DNA from: PVC group bacterium
Lineage (GTDB): Bacteria > GCA-001730085 > JADFSZ01
Reading direction: 5' to 3'
DNA length: 12,889 nucleotides
NCBI GenBank assembly: GCA_022560555.1
Contig: JADFSZ010000030.1
Location: 1-12,889 of the forward strand
Positions 1 to 8,184 of this stretch are shown here, piece after piece. The notes beneath the pieces were generated by a model. That model was not told where the DNA came from. It did no database searches and saw only the letters and a list, made by a program, of their open reading frames with translations. The first letter of the stretch is position 1; every line of letters starts with the position of its first letter. Both the position numbers and the translations under genes were made by a program.

Positions 1-5
1 AATAA

Positions 6-983
6 TTATACCGTCTTTTGAAGAATTTCTTTTGGCCCGGGCCCGGGCTCACTGATCAAAATCCCGACATGGGGTAAAGCTTCTTTGATCACCTGCGTGA
101 TTTTGGACACATCTTTTTCAAGGCAGAAAATCTTCACTTGAGCGCCCGCGTCCATGGTTTCCCATGCACCAATACTCTTTAGGCGCATTTCTTCGCAGCA
201 GCGAATGGCCACAAGGCTTTCGGGCTTCCAGTAAAGAATCGGGGGCTCCGACGAAAACATGGTTGCGAACATTTTTAAATAGCTTGAACGGATAAAAGGC
301 CCAAGGCTCTCAAGATCCTTGTTGGCCAAGGCGCTTAACGCTTTCGGAAAGATTTTTTCAGAATCAAGACACCACTCTCGGTAAAAAGGGCTTGTGAGGC
401 GCGCGCGTTCCATCGCCCCGCGTGACGAAATGGTTTTTGCCGTCTTGCTTATCTCAACAACAACAATGCGAAGTTCCGGCCAAAAATGTTCTTCGTGAAT
501 CTTGTCCGCATGCTCCGCATGCGATGGGAACGAAACAAACCCTCCAAATACAGCACGTGCCGCGGAGGCGGAGCCGATACGCGCTAACCCTGAAATAATA
601 TCAAGGCTGACCCCCGGATCCAGTAATTTACCAGCGCCAAAAGCCAAAGCTGCGAAACCCGATGATGAACTCGCAAGCCCGGCGGATGTGGGAAAGTTGT
701 TACGGCTGTAACAGGAAAAACAGTCTTTTGAGTCAAAATATTCTCGAAGAGAATCAAAAAATGGAGTGAAACGTTCAATGTCCACCGGAATATCGTTAAC
801 AACAACGGAATCTTTTTCGGATCGAGCCACCGTTGTTGTGGTCGTAAGATTTTTGAGGGTAATGCCGATGCTTGGGGTCGCGGGAAGATTTTTCTCAACG
901 TCGCTTTTCCCCCAGTATTTTATAAGAGCGAGATTTGGGGAAGCCTGGACAGTTATATTTTCCTGTGAAGTTCCATGTGTCAT
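6..983 (-). CDS. mvaD: diphosphomevalonate decarboxylase (mevalonate pathway)
   Basis: 325-aa ORF. N-terminal NLALIKYWGK motif and GHMP-fold loop PTSAGLASSSSGFAALA are typical of mevalonate diphosphate decarboxylases. The start ATG (983-981) forms an ATGA overlap with the stop of the upstream HMGR gene. Stop at 6-8, so the operon probably continues past the left edge. Confidence 0.9.
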   Translation of the reverse strand: MTHGTSQENITVQASPNLALIKYWGKSDVEKNLPATPSIGITLKNLTTTTTVARSEKDSVVVNDIPVDIERFTPFFDSLREYFDSKDCFSCYSRNNFPTSAGLASSSSGFAALAFGAGKLLDPGVSLDIISGLARIGSASAARAVFGGFVSFPSHAEHADKIHEEHFWPELRIVVVEISKTAKTISSRGAMERARLTSPFYREWCLDSEKIFPKALSALANKDLESLGPFIRSSYLKMFATMFSSEPPILYWKPESLVAIRCCEEMRLKSIGAWETMDAGAQVKIFCLEKDVSKITQVIKEALPHVGILISEPGPGPKEILQKTV

Positions 984-2245
984 TCTTTGCCCCGGATATC
1001 ATCGAGAAGTTTTGTCGCGGCTTTGGCCGCGAGGGTTCCGGACTCCCACATCTTCTTCACAAGTACTTTGATTTCTTTTCCGCGCGCGCCAACCATATAC
1101 GCGATACGGGACGCGTGCAGTTTCATGTGCCCTTGCTGAATCCCTTCAGAAACAAGGGCCAACAAGGCTGCTAGATTTTGCGCCAGGCCCAATGCTGCCG
1201 CGATGCGGCATAAAATCTGCGCGTCAGGATTGCCGAGAATTTTCATGGAGGTTTGACACCCGGGATGCATGGTAACCGCGCCGCCGACAGTTCCTAAAGG
1301 AAGAGGAATTTCCAAAGAGCCTTCCAAATTCCCGTCTTTGACTTCAAAACGGGAAAGCGCTTTATAAGCTCCGCTTATGGACGCATAATGATGAGCGGCC
1401 GACTCAACGGCACGGGTATCATTGCCGGTGGCTAGTGTCAAAGCGACAATGCCGTTCATGATTCCCTTATTATGAGTAACGGCACGGGAAGGGGCTTCGA
1501 GCGCTAGGTGAGATGCCAGCTCAATTTTGGAGGAAATCTCGCTGCCGAGAAAATCTTTATAGCGTAAAAACCGAAAAGGAACGCGAAAACTTGCGCCGGC
1601 CCGACGGTGCGGAGCCGTATTCGTTAAAATCGACATGAGGATTTTCCCTCCGCTGATCTTTTCAATCATAGAGCGGATTTTTTCAGCCGCGGTATTAACA
1701 ACGTTAGCTCCCATGGCGTCGCGCACATCAATATCAATGTTCACGTTCACAAGCCCTGTGACGGGAAGCCGTGTGACTTCAAGGCCTCGATATCCGCCGC
1801 CGCGCGCCTTCATCGACGGCATGGATTTATCCAATTCATTTCCGATTTCCACGGAGGCGAGATAAATTTTTTCTTCCTCGCCGGCAGGAACACCTTCAAT
1901 GTACAATTGGGCCGTCATAACCGGATCTGTGGCCCATGTGTGAAATCCGCCTCCGGCCGCAACGATACGGGCGCCGTGGGATGCGGCCGCGATAACCGAG
2001 GGTTCTTCTGTTGCCATCGGAACAGAATATTCTCTCTGGTCAATGAGAAACCCGGTGGCCAATCCGAGGGGAACCGGAAAAAGGCCGATTCCGGATTCAA
2101 TCATCACGTCCGTCACTTCCAGGTAAGAGTTTTTGCCGTCAATCGCTTCCATTTCTTTTTCTGTTAAATGAAATGCGCTTTTCAGATGATCTCGTCTTTC
2201 CTGGATCGGCATTTTTCTAAAATTTTTTGGGAAACCGTTATTCAT
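980..2245 (-). CDS. mvaA: hydroxymethylglutaryl-CoA reductase, class II
   Basis: 421-aa ORF with class II HMGR segments TEEPSVIAAAS, DAMGANVVNT, LGTVGG and QGHMKLHA. Length matches bacterial class II enzymes. It lies between the IDI-2 and MVD genes. Confidence 0.92.
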   Translation of the reverse strand: MNNGFPKNFRKMPIQERRDHLKSAFHLTEKEMEAIDGKNSYLEVTDVMIESGIGLFPVPLGLATGFLIDQREYSVPMATEEPSVIAAASHGARIVAAGGGFHTWATDPVMTAQLYIEGVPAGEEEKIYLASVEIGNELDKSMPSMKARGGGYRGLEVTRLPVTGLVNVNIDIDVRDAMGANVVNTAAEKIRSMIEKISGGKILMSILTNTAPHRRAGASFRVPFRFLRYKDFLGSEISSKIELASHLALEAPSRAVTHNKGIMNGIVALTLATGNDTRAVESAAHHYASISGAYKALSRFEVKDGNLEGSLEIPLPLGTVGGAVTMHPGCQTSMKILGNPDAQILCRIAAALGLAQNLAALLALVSEGIQQGHMKLHASRIAYMVGARGKEIKVLVKKMWESGTLAAKAATKLLDDIRGKE

Positions 2246-2269
2246 AAGTTCGGTAAATGGTAATTAGAT

Positions 2270-3409
2270 TTACATTCCTTCCGCTTTTTTTATTTGTTCC
2301 ACATTGGATATAAAACTTGTCTCACGCCAGATCTTGTCGGCCGTCACATCTTTTAATGTTTTAGAAGACGTCAGAAGCATAACAGAACGAATCACTTTTT
2401 CAATCCCTTCAATACGCCGTATCACAGCTTCAACGCCGCCGGACAACACGTCGCGGATGAATATGCCGGCTAGCCCTCCCATCTTCGAGCCCAGAGCGAT
2501 GGATTTCATGAGATCCATTCCGGACTTTAAGCCGCCGGATGCCAAAACGCGGCCCGACATGGACCCGACACTATCCAACACATACGCCGTCGGAAGCCCC
2601 CAGTCCGTAAACTCGTTTGCCAATTGTTCCTCGTTTTTGTTAAGACGCTGAGCTTCGACAAGAACCCAATTCGTTCCTCCGGCGCCGGCAATATCAACAT
2701 ATTTGACCCCCATGTTGAGGAGCGTTTTAATCTGATGGGGACGAATGCCAAAACCTGTTTCTTTGACAATGACCGGGAGGGGACATGTCTTCACGGTTTG
2801 TTGGATAGCCCCAAGCAAACCTCGAAAATCGGTGTCGCCGCCGGGCTGAAAAAGTTCTTGTCCGGGATTAAGATGAATGACCAGCGCGTGGGCTTGAAGC
2901 TTCTCTAATAATTTATAGAGTTTTGTGTTGTCATCACCGCGCACTTGTACAGCGCCGATATTTGCCAGTATGGGAACATGGGGCGCGTAAGGCTTAATAT
3001 GAAAATGTTCAAATAAATTTTCTTGTTCTAACAGAACACGAATGGAACCTAATCCAACAGGAATATTTTTTGCTTCTGCCGCTTCGGCTAATTTACGGTT
3101 AGCCGTCATTCCTTGAGCAGATCCGCCCGTCATGCATGAAATAAAAAGCGGCAACGATACACGCTGACCTAAAAACTCGCAAGAACTATCAATATCTTCC
3201 ATGCTTAATTCGGGCAACGCATCATGGATAAAATGAACCCCCTCAAAACCACTCACAATCCCTGATTGAATGGAGGCAGCATCCGTATGACAAATATCCA
3301 AATGACTTTGTTTGCGATCCGAGATGTCAAGTTGATCCGAAGTTCCGGACGAATTGAGATTTTTATTCGCGGAAGAGGTACTCACGGTAACCATCCTCTC
3401 TAATCCCAT
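2270..3409 (-). CDS. fni: isopentenyl-diphosphate delta-isomerase, type 2 (FMN-dependent)
   Basis: 379-aa ORF with IDI-2 motifs RKQSHL, SCMTGGS, VIVKETGFG, AGAGGTNW and ASGGLKSG. The start is uncertain. ATG 3409 and ATG 3394 lack a Shine-Dalgarno, while GTG 3385 has AGAGGA 8 nt upstream. No start codon exists downstream of the mvaS stop (3363-3365), so fni overlaps mvaS by 23-47 nt. Confidence 0.88.
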   Translation of the reverse strand: MGLERMVTVSTSSANKNLNSSGTSDQLDISDRKQSHLDICHTDAASIQSGIVSGFEGVHFIHDALPELSMEDIDSSCEFLGQRVSLPLFISCMTGGSAQGMTANRKLAEAAEAKNIPVGLGSIRVLLEQENLFEHFHIKPYAPHVPILANIGAVQVRGDDNTKLYKLLEKLQAHALVIHLNPGQELFQPGGDTDFRGLLGAIQQTVKTCPLPVIVKETGFGIRPHQIKTLLNMGVKYVDIAGAGGTNWVLVEAQRLNKNEEQLANEFTDWGLPTAYVLDSVGSMSGRVLASGGLKSGMDLMKSIALGSKMGGLAGIFIRDVLSGGVEAVIRRIEGIEKVIRSVMLLTSSKTLKDVTADKIWRETSFISNVEQIKKAEGM

Positions 3410-4658
3410 TTAAATAAAATGACCCTGAGCTCACGGAAGGGATGGCGGACTGAAGAAGTGGTAAATACGTTGAACGGTTAAACCGATCAGTGGAAAGCCA
3501 TTGCTCATAATCGGTGAATGATGCTTCATTTCCGTTGGCAAGAAGTCCTTCAAGATCCCATTTTTCAATGACCTCGGGCGCTTTTGGAGCCACTTTTCCG
3601 GACACCACGAGCATGGTGTTCCCGGATCCATAGGATGCCAAAAGAACCTTTTTTCCGATAATATCCGAGCCCAGCTCTTTATAACGATCTTTGAGAAGAA
3701 AAGCTAAAGGCATAAACAAGGCGCCGGAATAAAGATTCCCGCTTTTGGAAGCCGGCTGGATGAGAGCCTGGAATCCCCGACGATCAAGGAAATCAGTCGC
3801 TTCTTGTTTGCTCAGTCCGAGAATTTTATGTAAAAGATGTCGCATGGCTTCCATGGGCAAACTTTTGTAGGGAACATGGAGAACAAAAAGGTCGGTTGAT
3901 TCTAAAACCTCTTTGGGGTCTAATTTTCTTCGAAGGCTATGATCTTTGAGTGCCGCCTCAAGGCCCTCGATATAACAACGAAGGGAAAAACGACCCTTCA
4001 CTTTGGCCGTATCAGAACCAATAGGACGAAAAAAATCATCCACATCTCTCGAACTGTATCCGACGGTGGAAAGATCTAGTTCAATCAACTTTGGATTTTT
4101 TTCAACCAGCATAGCCACGGCCCCTGCCCCTTGAGTGATTTCGGCCGTTGTCGAAGGCTCGTATTTAGCAACATCGGTGCAGACAACAATACCGTTTTCA
4201 TTAAAATTGTTGTTGTTCATAGAGAGCATGGCCCCAACACCGACAAGAGAAATGGTTCCTCCGGCACATGCATGTTGTATTTGGTAGGTAGAAATGGATT
4301 GAGGGATTTTGAATCCGGCGCGCTGAAGGAGACCTTCAATGTAGGCGGCAATGGGTTTTGAAAAATCTATCGTTGTTTCAGTGCCGACAGCGATATATCG
4401 AAGTCCGGATAAATTTGCGTCCGGGTTCGAACGAATCAATTTCGCCATGGCTTCAGCGCCCATGGTGACCGTGTCTTCCCACGTGTCGGGAAAACGCATG
4501 GACTCTTGTCCTGTGTATTCCATCGCGCGACGGATTGTTTTTGCAACCCGAGGATCCGTTTTCCCGTTTTCCCGCTTCCGAACAATGGCTTCAAGGCTGA
4601 TGCAAGGTTTCGGAAGATAGATCGCGATATCACTTATACCAATAGGCGTCATTTTCAT
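3363..4658 (-). CDS. mvaS: hydroxymethylglutaryl-CoA synthase
   Basis: 431-aa thiolase-fold ORF. Start MKMTPIGISDIAIYLP, catalytic-Cys context QHACAGGT, HVPY histidine motif and SYGSGN near the C-terminal third. First gene of the mevalonate cluster in this window. Confidence 0.9.
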   Translation of the reverse strand: MKMTPIGISDIAIYLPKPCISLEAIVRKRENGKTDPRVAKTIRRAMEYTGQESMRFPDTWEDTVTMGAEAMAKLIRSNPDANLSGLRYIAVGTETTIDFSKPIAAYIEGLLQRAGFKIPQSISTYQIQHACAGGTISLVGVGAMLSMNNNNFNENGIVVCTDVAKYEPSTTAEITQGAGAVAMLVEKNPKLIELDLSTVGYSSRDVDDFFRPIGSDTAKVKGRFSLRCYIEGLEAALKDHSLRRKLDPKEVLESTDLFVLHVPYKSLPMEAMRHLLHKILGLSKQEATDFLDRRGFQALIQPASKSGNLYSGALFMPLAFLLKDRYKELGSDIIGKKVLLASYGSGNTMLVVSGKVAPKAPEVIEKWDLEGLLANGNEASFTDYEQWLSTDRFNRSTYLPLLQSAIPSVSSGSFYLNGIREDGYREYLFRE

Positions 4659-4790
4659 GATGTGTTTAGCTTGCTTACATTGCGTTATGGGTTTCTTCTA
4701 GTTTCTTAGCATGGCATGAACTGTATTTATATATTAAATATGCAAAATGACCGGCCGTAACGGATAATTCGATACAAACCGAAGAGGATA

Positions 4791-4837
4791 AAGGATAAAT
4801 CAAAGCTCTTGAAAAGTCAACATTTGATTGTATCCTT
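4791..4837. promoter_or_regulatory. 47-nt imperfect palindrome/hairpin in the divergent mvaS-leuC control region
   Basis: AAGGATA (4791-4797) pairs with TATCCTT (4831-4837) and ATCAAA (4799-4804) pairs with TTTGAT (4823-4828), giving 13 bp with a 1x2 internal loop. The apical TTGA/TCAA can add 4 bp. The left arm is part of a tandem AGGATAA AGGATAA repeat (4785-4798). Confidence 0.35.
4792..4820 (-). promoter_or_regulatory. candidate sigma70-type promoter for the mevalonate operon
   Basis: On the minus strand, TTGACT (4820-4815), a 17-nt spacer, then TATCCT (4797-4792). It is embedded in the palindrome above and would give a leader of about 125 nt. By-eye match only. Confidence 0.25.
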
Positions 4838-4944
4838 CGGACATTGGAGTACGAACAATACAGCCTTAAGTTAATTATTAAAAGCATTTTAAGCCGTTCT
4901 TATTAATAATATTGATGTTGCGAGTTATAGATGATAGGATTGAC

Positions 4945-4974
4945 TTGACAAAATCACCCAATTTCGCATATGCT
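4945..4974 (+). promoter_or_regulatory. candidate sigma70-type promoter for leuCD
   Basis: TTGACA (4945-4950), an 18-nt spacer, then TATGCT (4969-4974), about 70 nt upstream of the leuC ATG. AAGGA Shine-Dalgarno at 5032-5036. Confidence 0.3.
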
Positions 4975-5045
4975 AAAGGCCGCTTTGATAGAACGTCTGT
5001 GGCGCTCTCGGTGGAACCGGAACAAAAATCAAAGGAAATGGCAAT

Positions 5046-6458
5046 ATGGCTCTGAAAAAGAATATTTATGAAAAAATCTGGGATATGCATCTTGTTTATG
5101 AAGAACCGGGGCGCGATGCCATTATCTACATCGATACTCATTTTGTTCATGAAGTGACCTCCCCACAAGCCTTCGAGAGCCTACGTCTAAGCAAACGTTC
5201 TGTTCGAAGGCCTCAAAAAACATTTGCCACCATGGATCACAATGTTCCGACTTCGGACAGGAGCGCCCCGATCAAAGACGTTTTATCGAAAAAGCAAATC
5301 GAGACGCTCAGAAATAACTGCCATGAATTTGACGTCACATTGTTTGATATGGATACGATACAAAGCGGGATTGTTCATATCATAGGACCCGAGCTTGGCA
5401 TCACACATCCGGGGGCAACCATCGTTTGCGGGGATTCTCACACATCAACACACGGGGCCTTTGGGGCGCTTGCGTTCGGCATCGGAACAAGTGAAGTTGA
5501 ACATGTGCTTGCGACTCAGACATTGACTCAAAAAAAATCAAAAACGTTTGAAATCCGTATTAACGGAAAACGTCCATCGGGGGTTACGGCTAAAGATGTG
5601 ATCCTTGCCGTTATCGGAAAAATCGGAACAGCCGGAGCCACGGGATATGTTGTTGAATACACAGGAGAAGTGATTCGTGACTTTAATTTGGAAGAAAGAA
5701 TGACGGTGTGCAACATGTCGATCGAAGCCGGCGCGCGTGCCGGCCTCATTTCTCCGGATGACAAAACGTGCGACTATCTGAAAGAGAGAAAGTATATTCC
5801 TCAAGACGAGACATGGGAAAAGCTAACATCAAAATGGAAAAACTTCGCCTCAGACGAAGGCGCGGTCTATGATAAAACAATGGAATTGTTTGTCGACCAA
5901 CTTGAGCCGCAAATCACTTGGGGGACAACTCCCGAGCAGGTCACAAGCATTAATGGATCGACACCGGATCTTAGCCGTATTAAAGATCCAAACAAACGGA
6001 AAGCGGTCAAAAAAGCGCTCCAATATATGGGTCTGAATGAAAATATGCCTTTAAAAGGATTAAAAGTGGATCGAGTCTTTATCGGTTCATGCACGAATAG
6101 CCGGATGAGCGATTTGCGTGAAGCGAGTAAAGTTGTCAAAGGGTACAAAACACATAGTACTGTAAATGCCATGGTGGTTCCCGGAAGTCAATCTGTAAAA
6201 AAAATGGCGGAAGAAGAGGGACTTGATAAAATATTTAAAGAGGCCGGATTTGATTGGAGAGAATCGGGCTGCTCGATGTGTCTTGGGATGAATCCGGATC
6301 AGTTGAGAGCCGAGGAAAGATGCGCATCAACGTCTAATAGAAATTTTGAAGGACGACAAGGCAAGGGGGGCCGCACGCATCTCGTGAGTCCCGTGATGGC
6401 CGCGGCCGCGGCGATTAAAGGAAGCTTTGTCGATATCCGGGAATGGAAGTACAAATAG
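5046..6458 (+). CDS. leuC: 3-isopropylmalate dehydratase large subunit
   Basis: 470-aa ORF collinear by eye with E. coli LeuC: YEKIWDMHLV, IDTHFVHEVTSPQAFESLR, FATMDHNV. Fe-S cluster cysteine contexts GSCTNSR and CSMCLGMN. Confidence 0.95.
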   Translation: MALKKNIYEKIWDMHLVYEEPGRDAIIYIDTHFVHEVTSPQAFESLRLSKRSVRRPQKTFATMDHNVPTSDRSAPIKDVLSKKQIETLRNNCHEFDVTLFDMDTIQSGIVHIIGPELGITHPGATIVCGDSHTSTHGAFGALAFGIGTSEVEHVLATQTLTQKKSKTFEIRINGKRPSGVTAKDVILAVIGKIGTAGATGYVVEYTGEVIRDFNLEERMTVCNMSIEAGARAGLISPDDKTCDYLKERKYIPQDETWEKLTSKWKNFASDEGAVYDKTMELFVDQLEPQITWGTTPEQVTSINGSTPDLSRIKDPNKRKAVKKALQYMGLNENMPLKGLKVDRVFIGSCTNSRMSDLREASKVVKGYKTHSTVNAMVVPGSQSVKKMAEEEGLDKIFKEAGFDWRESGCSMCLGMNPDQLRAEERCASTSNRNFEGRQGKGGRTHLVSPVMAAAAAIKGSFVDIREWKYK

Positions 6459-6495
6459 TTAAAAAGACACACGTGAACAAATCGGAGATTTGACG

Positions 6496-7089
6496 ATGCG
6501 GTCCTTTACAACTTTAGAAGGAATTGTGGCTCCGCTTGAAGACTTGAATGTGGATACGGATCAAATTATCCCGAAACAGTTTTTAAAGCGGATTGAAAAG
6601 ACAGGGTTCGGAAAATTTTTGTTTTACGACTGGAGATATTTACCCAACGGCAAACTCAATCCGGATTTTGAAATGAATCACCCCCGCTACAAGGAAGCTT
6701 CCATCCTTCTCGCGAAGGAGAATTTTGGATGCGGATCTTCCCGGGAGCACGCCCCCTGGGCCTTGGATGATTATGGCATTAAATGTCTCTTGGCGCCGTC
6801 CTTCGCGGATATTTTCTATAACAATTGCTTTAATAACGGGATTCTTCCCATTGTCCTGGATTATCCTCTGATTGAAGAGCTTTTCAAAAATGTCAGACAG
6901 ATAGAAGACTTTAGGCTATCTATTGATTTACCAAATCAGCGGATTAAAAAACCTGATGGCAAAACAATCTCTTTTGATATTGATTCCTTTCGCAAACACT
7001 GCCTTGTCAACGGACTTGATCCTATCGGGCTGACTCTCGAACACGAAGAAAAAATCACCGAGTATGAAAAAGAACATGGGATACTATAA
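6496..7089 (+). CDS. leuD: 3-isopropylmalate dehydratase small subunit
   Basis: LeuD-like sequence ([25 protein letters not shown]). The ORF track starts at TTG 6490, but ATG 6496 has GGAG (6484-6487) 8 nt upstream, so I prefer ATG 6496. Confidence 0.93.
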   Translation: MRSFTTLEGIVAPLEDLNVDTDQIIPKQFLKRIEKTGFGKFLFYDWRYLPNGKLNPDFEMNHPRYKEASILLAKENFGCGSSREHAPWALDDYGIKCLLAPSFADIFYNNCFNNGILPIVLDYPLIEELFKNVRQIEDFRLSIDLPNQRIKKPDGKTISFDIDSFRKHCLVNGLDPIGLTLEHEEKITEYEKEHGIL

Positions 7090-7097
7090 ACAACGCC

Positions 7098-7126
7098 TTG
7101 ACAAATCTTATAGATATCCATGAAAT
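7098..7126 (+). promoter_or_regulatory. candidate promoter upstream of gloA, overlapped by an inverted repeat
   Basis: TTGACA (7098-7103), a 17-nt spacer, then TGAAAT (7121-7126). The inverted repeat ATCCATG (7116-7122) / CATGGAT (7140-7146) spans the -10 region. Strong SD GAGGAGG (7165-7171) lies 7 nt before the ATG at 7179. Confidence 0.25.
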
Positions 7127-7178
7127 ACGTTGTCTTACGCATGGATTATGACGTTAGAACTTAAGAGGAGGATAAGAC

Positions 7179-7562
7179 ATGAGATTGTTGCATATCATGC
7201 TGCGTGTGAAAAATCTTGATGAATCAATAGAATTTTATACAAAGCATCTCGGCATGAAACTCTTGCGCAAAAATGATTATCCGGAAGGGAAATTCACCCT
7301 GGCCTTTTTGGGATACAAAAGTGAAGGGGAGGAAACCGTTTTAGAACTCACTTACAATTGGGACGTACATCAATACAACCTGGGTTCGGCTTATGGGCAT
7401 ATCGCGATTGGCGTGAATAATATTTATAGCACATGCGAACAGATGAAACGTGACGGGGTCAATGTGATAAGAGCCCCCGGCCCTATGAAGCACGGGCGCA
7501 CAGTGCTAGCTTTTATTGAAGATCCCAATGGATACAAGATAGAACTCCTGGAACGTACATAA
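7179..7562 (+). CDS. gloA: lactoylglutathione lyase (glyoxalase I)
   Basis: 127-aa ORF nearly collinear with E. coli GloA: [44 protein letters not shown]. Confidence 0.93.
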   Translation: MRLLHIMLRVKNLDESIEFYTKHLGMKLLRKNDYPEGKFTLAFLGYKSEGEETVLELTYNWDVHQYNLGSAYGHIAIGVNNIYSTCEQMKRDGVNVIRAPGPMKHGRTVLAFIEDPNGYKIELLERT

Positions 7563-7581
7563 ACGAAGAAATCCTTGCCTT

Positions 7582-8184
7582 ATGCGATATCTGCTTATTA
7601 TATTCATATTTCTTTTAATGATCCCCCCGCATGTCTCGGCAGAGCTCATCCGGAAAGTGGAAAAAGATAACAAAAGCAAAACGATTCTTTTCCTTTCGGA
7701 CGGTGAAGAGATCGCTCGAGAAACAGTCGCTCCGGGAAAACAAAAAACTGTATCCGGAGAAATCCTAGACGGCATTTACAAAGAATATTCAAAAAACGGG
7801 ACCATAAAATATGAATGGCTTTACAAATCCGGGCATTTGGACGGAGTAAGCCGGGAACTTTATGACGGCCGCCGGCCCAAATACGAGTGGAGCTATAAAA
7901 ACGGAACCCTTGATGGACCGAGCCGGTATTATTCTTCCTTTGGGCATGTGGTGCGGGAGCGGATGTATCTTTTGGGCGCACAAGATGGCCTTACGCGGGA
8001 GTACTATCTAAACGGGAAATTAAAAACCGAAACGATGTACCATGAGAACGAAAAAGATGGTCTTCAAATTGAGTATTATAAAAATGGTAAAGTGAAATAT
8101 GAAAAAACATATAAAGATGATGATTTAGTTTCCACAAAGCTTTTTGACGAAGAAGGCGAACCTATAACCATACTCAATTTATGA
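7582..8184 (+). CDS. secreted MORN-variant repeat protein (YwqK-family-like), function unknown
   Basis: 200-aa ORF. N-terminal signal peptide MRYLLIIFIFLLMIPPHVSA|E. About five ~23-aa repeats of the Y-x-NG-x-(L/I)-DG-x-x-x-x-Y type (IKYEWLYKSGHLDGVSRELY, PKYEWSYKNGTLDGPSRYY, LKTETMYHENEKDGLQIEYY, and others). The stop overlaps the dinB start (ATGA at 8181-8184). Confidence 0.75.
   Translation: MRYLLIIFIFLLMIPPHVSAELIRKVEKDNKSKTILFLSDGEEIARETVAPGKQKTVSGEILDGIYKEYSKNGTIKYEWLYKSGHLDGVSRELYDGRRPKYEWSYKNGTLDGPSRYYSSFGHVVRERMYLLGAQDGLTREYYLNGKLKTETMYHENEKDGLQIEYYKNGKVKYEKTYKDDDLVSTKLFDEEGEPITILNL

Noticed and set aside
5010-5020. GGTGGAACCGG upstream of leuC resembles the core of the T-box antiterminator sequence (GGUGGNACCGCG), and a CTC Leu codon sits in the apical loop of the 4791-4837 hairpin.
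   Set aside because: I found no Stem I architecture (GA/K-turn motif, specifier internal loop, AG bulge) and no terminator helix plus U-run after the motif. The variable base would be A, pairing with U73, whereas bacterial tRNA-Leu has A73. The candidate promoter also leaves only a ~70-nt leader. An Rfam/Infernal T-box scan would settle it.
4915-5055. 46-aa upstream ORF (MLRVIDDRIDLTKSPNF...) ending over the leuC start, considered as a leucine-attenuation leader peptide.
   Set aside because: It has no run of Leu codons and no SD. It contains the candidate leuC promoter inside it, and no attenuator terminator follows.
4675-5168. ORFs 4675..4887 (-) and 4878..5168 (-) in or over the AT-rich intergenic region.
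   Set aside because: Low-complexity AT-rich translations with no SD. The second overlaps the well-supported leuC start on the opposite strand. No recognisable motifs.
5046-7089. Whether the LeuC/LeuD pair next to the mevalonate operon is really an aconitase-family dehydratase of a modified mevalonate pathway.
   Set aside because: Both proteins are collinear with canonical bacterial LeuC/LeuD, including the cluster cysteine contexts. The archaeal phosphomevalonate dehydratase belongs to a different aconitase family (AcnX type). The genes are also divergently transcribed from the mevalonate operon.
7090-8180. Search for an SOS (LexA) box ahead of gloA or dinB.
   Set aside because: I saw no CTGT-N8-ACAG or GAAC-N4-GTTC type palindrome. 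Only an isolated GAAC half-site occurs near 7157. Lineage-specific LexA motifs cannot be excluded without knowing the taxon.
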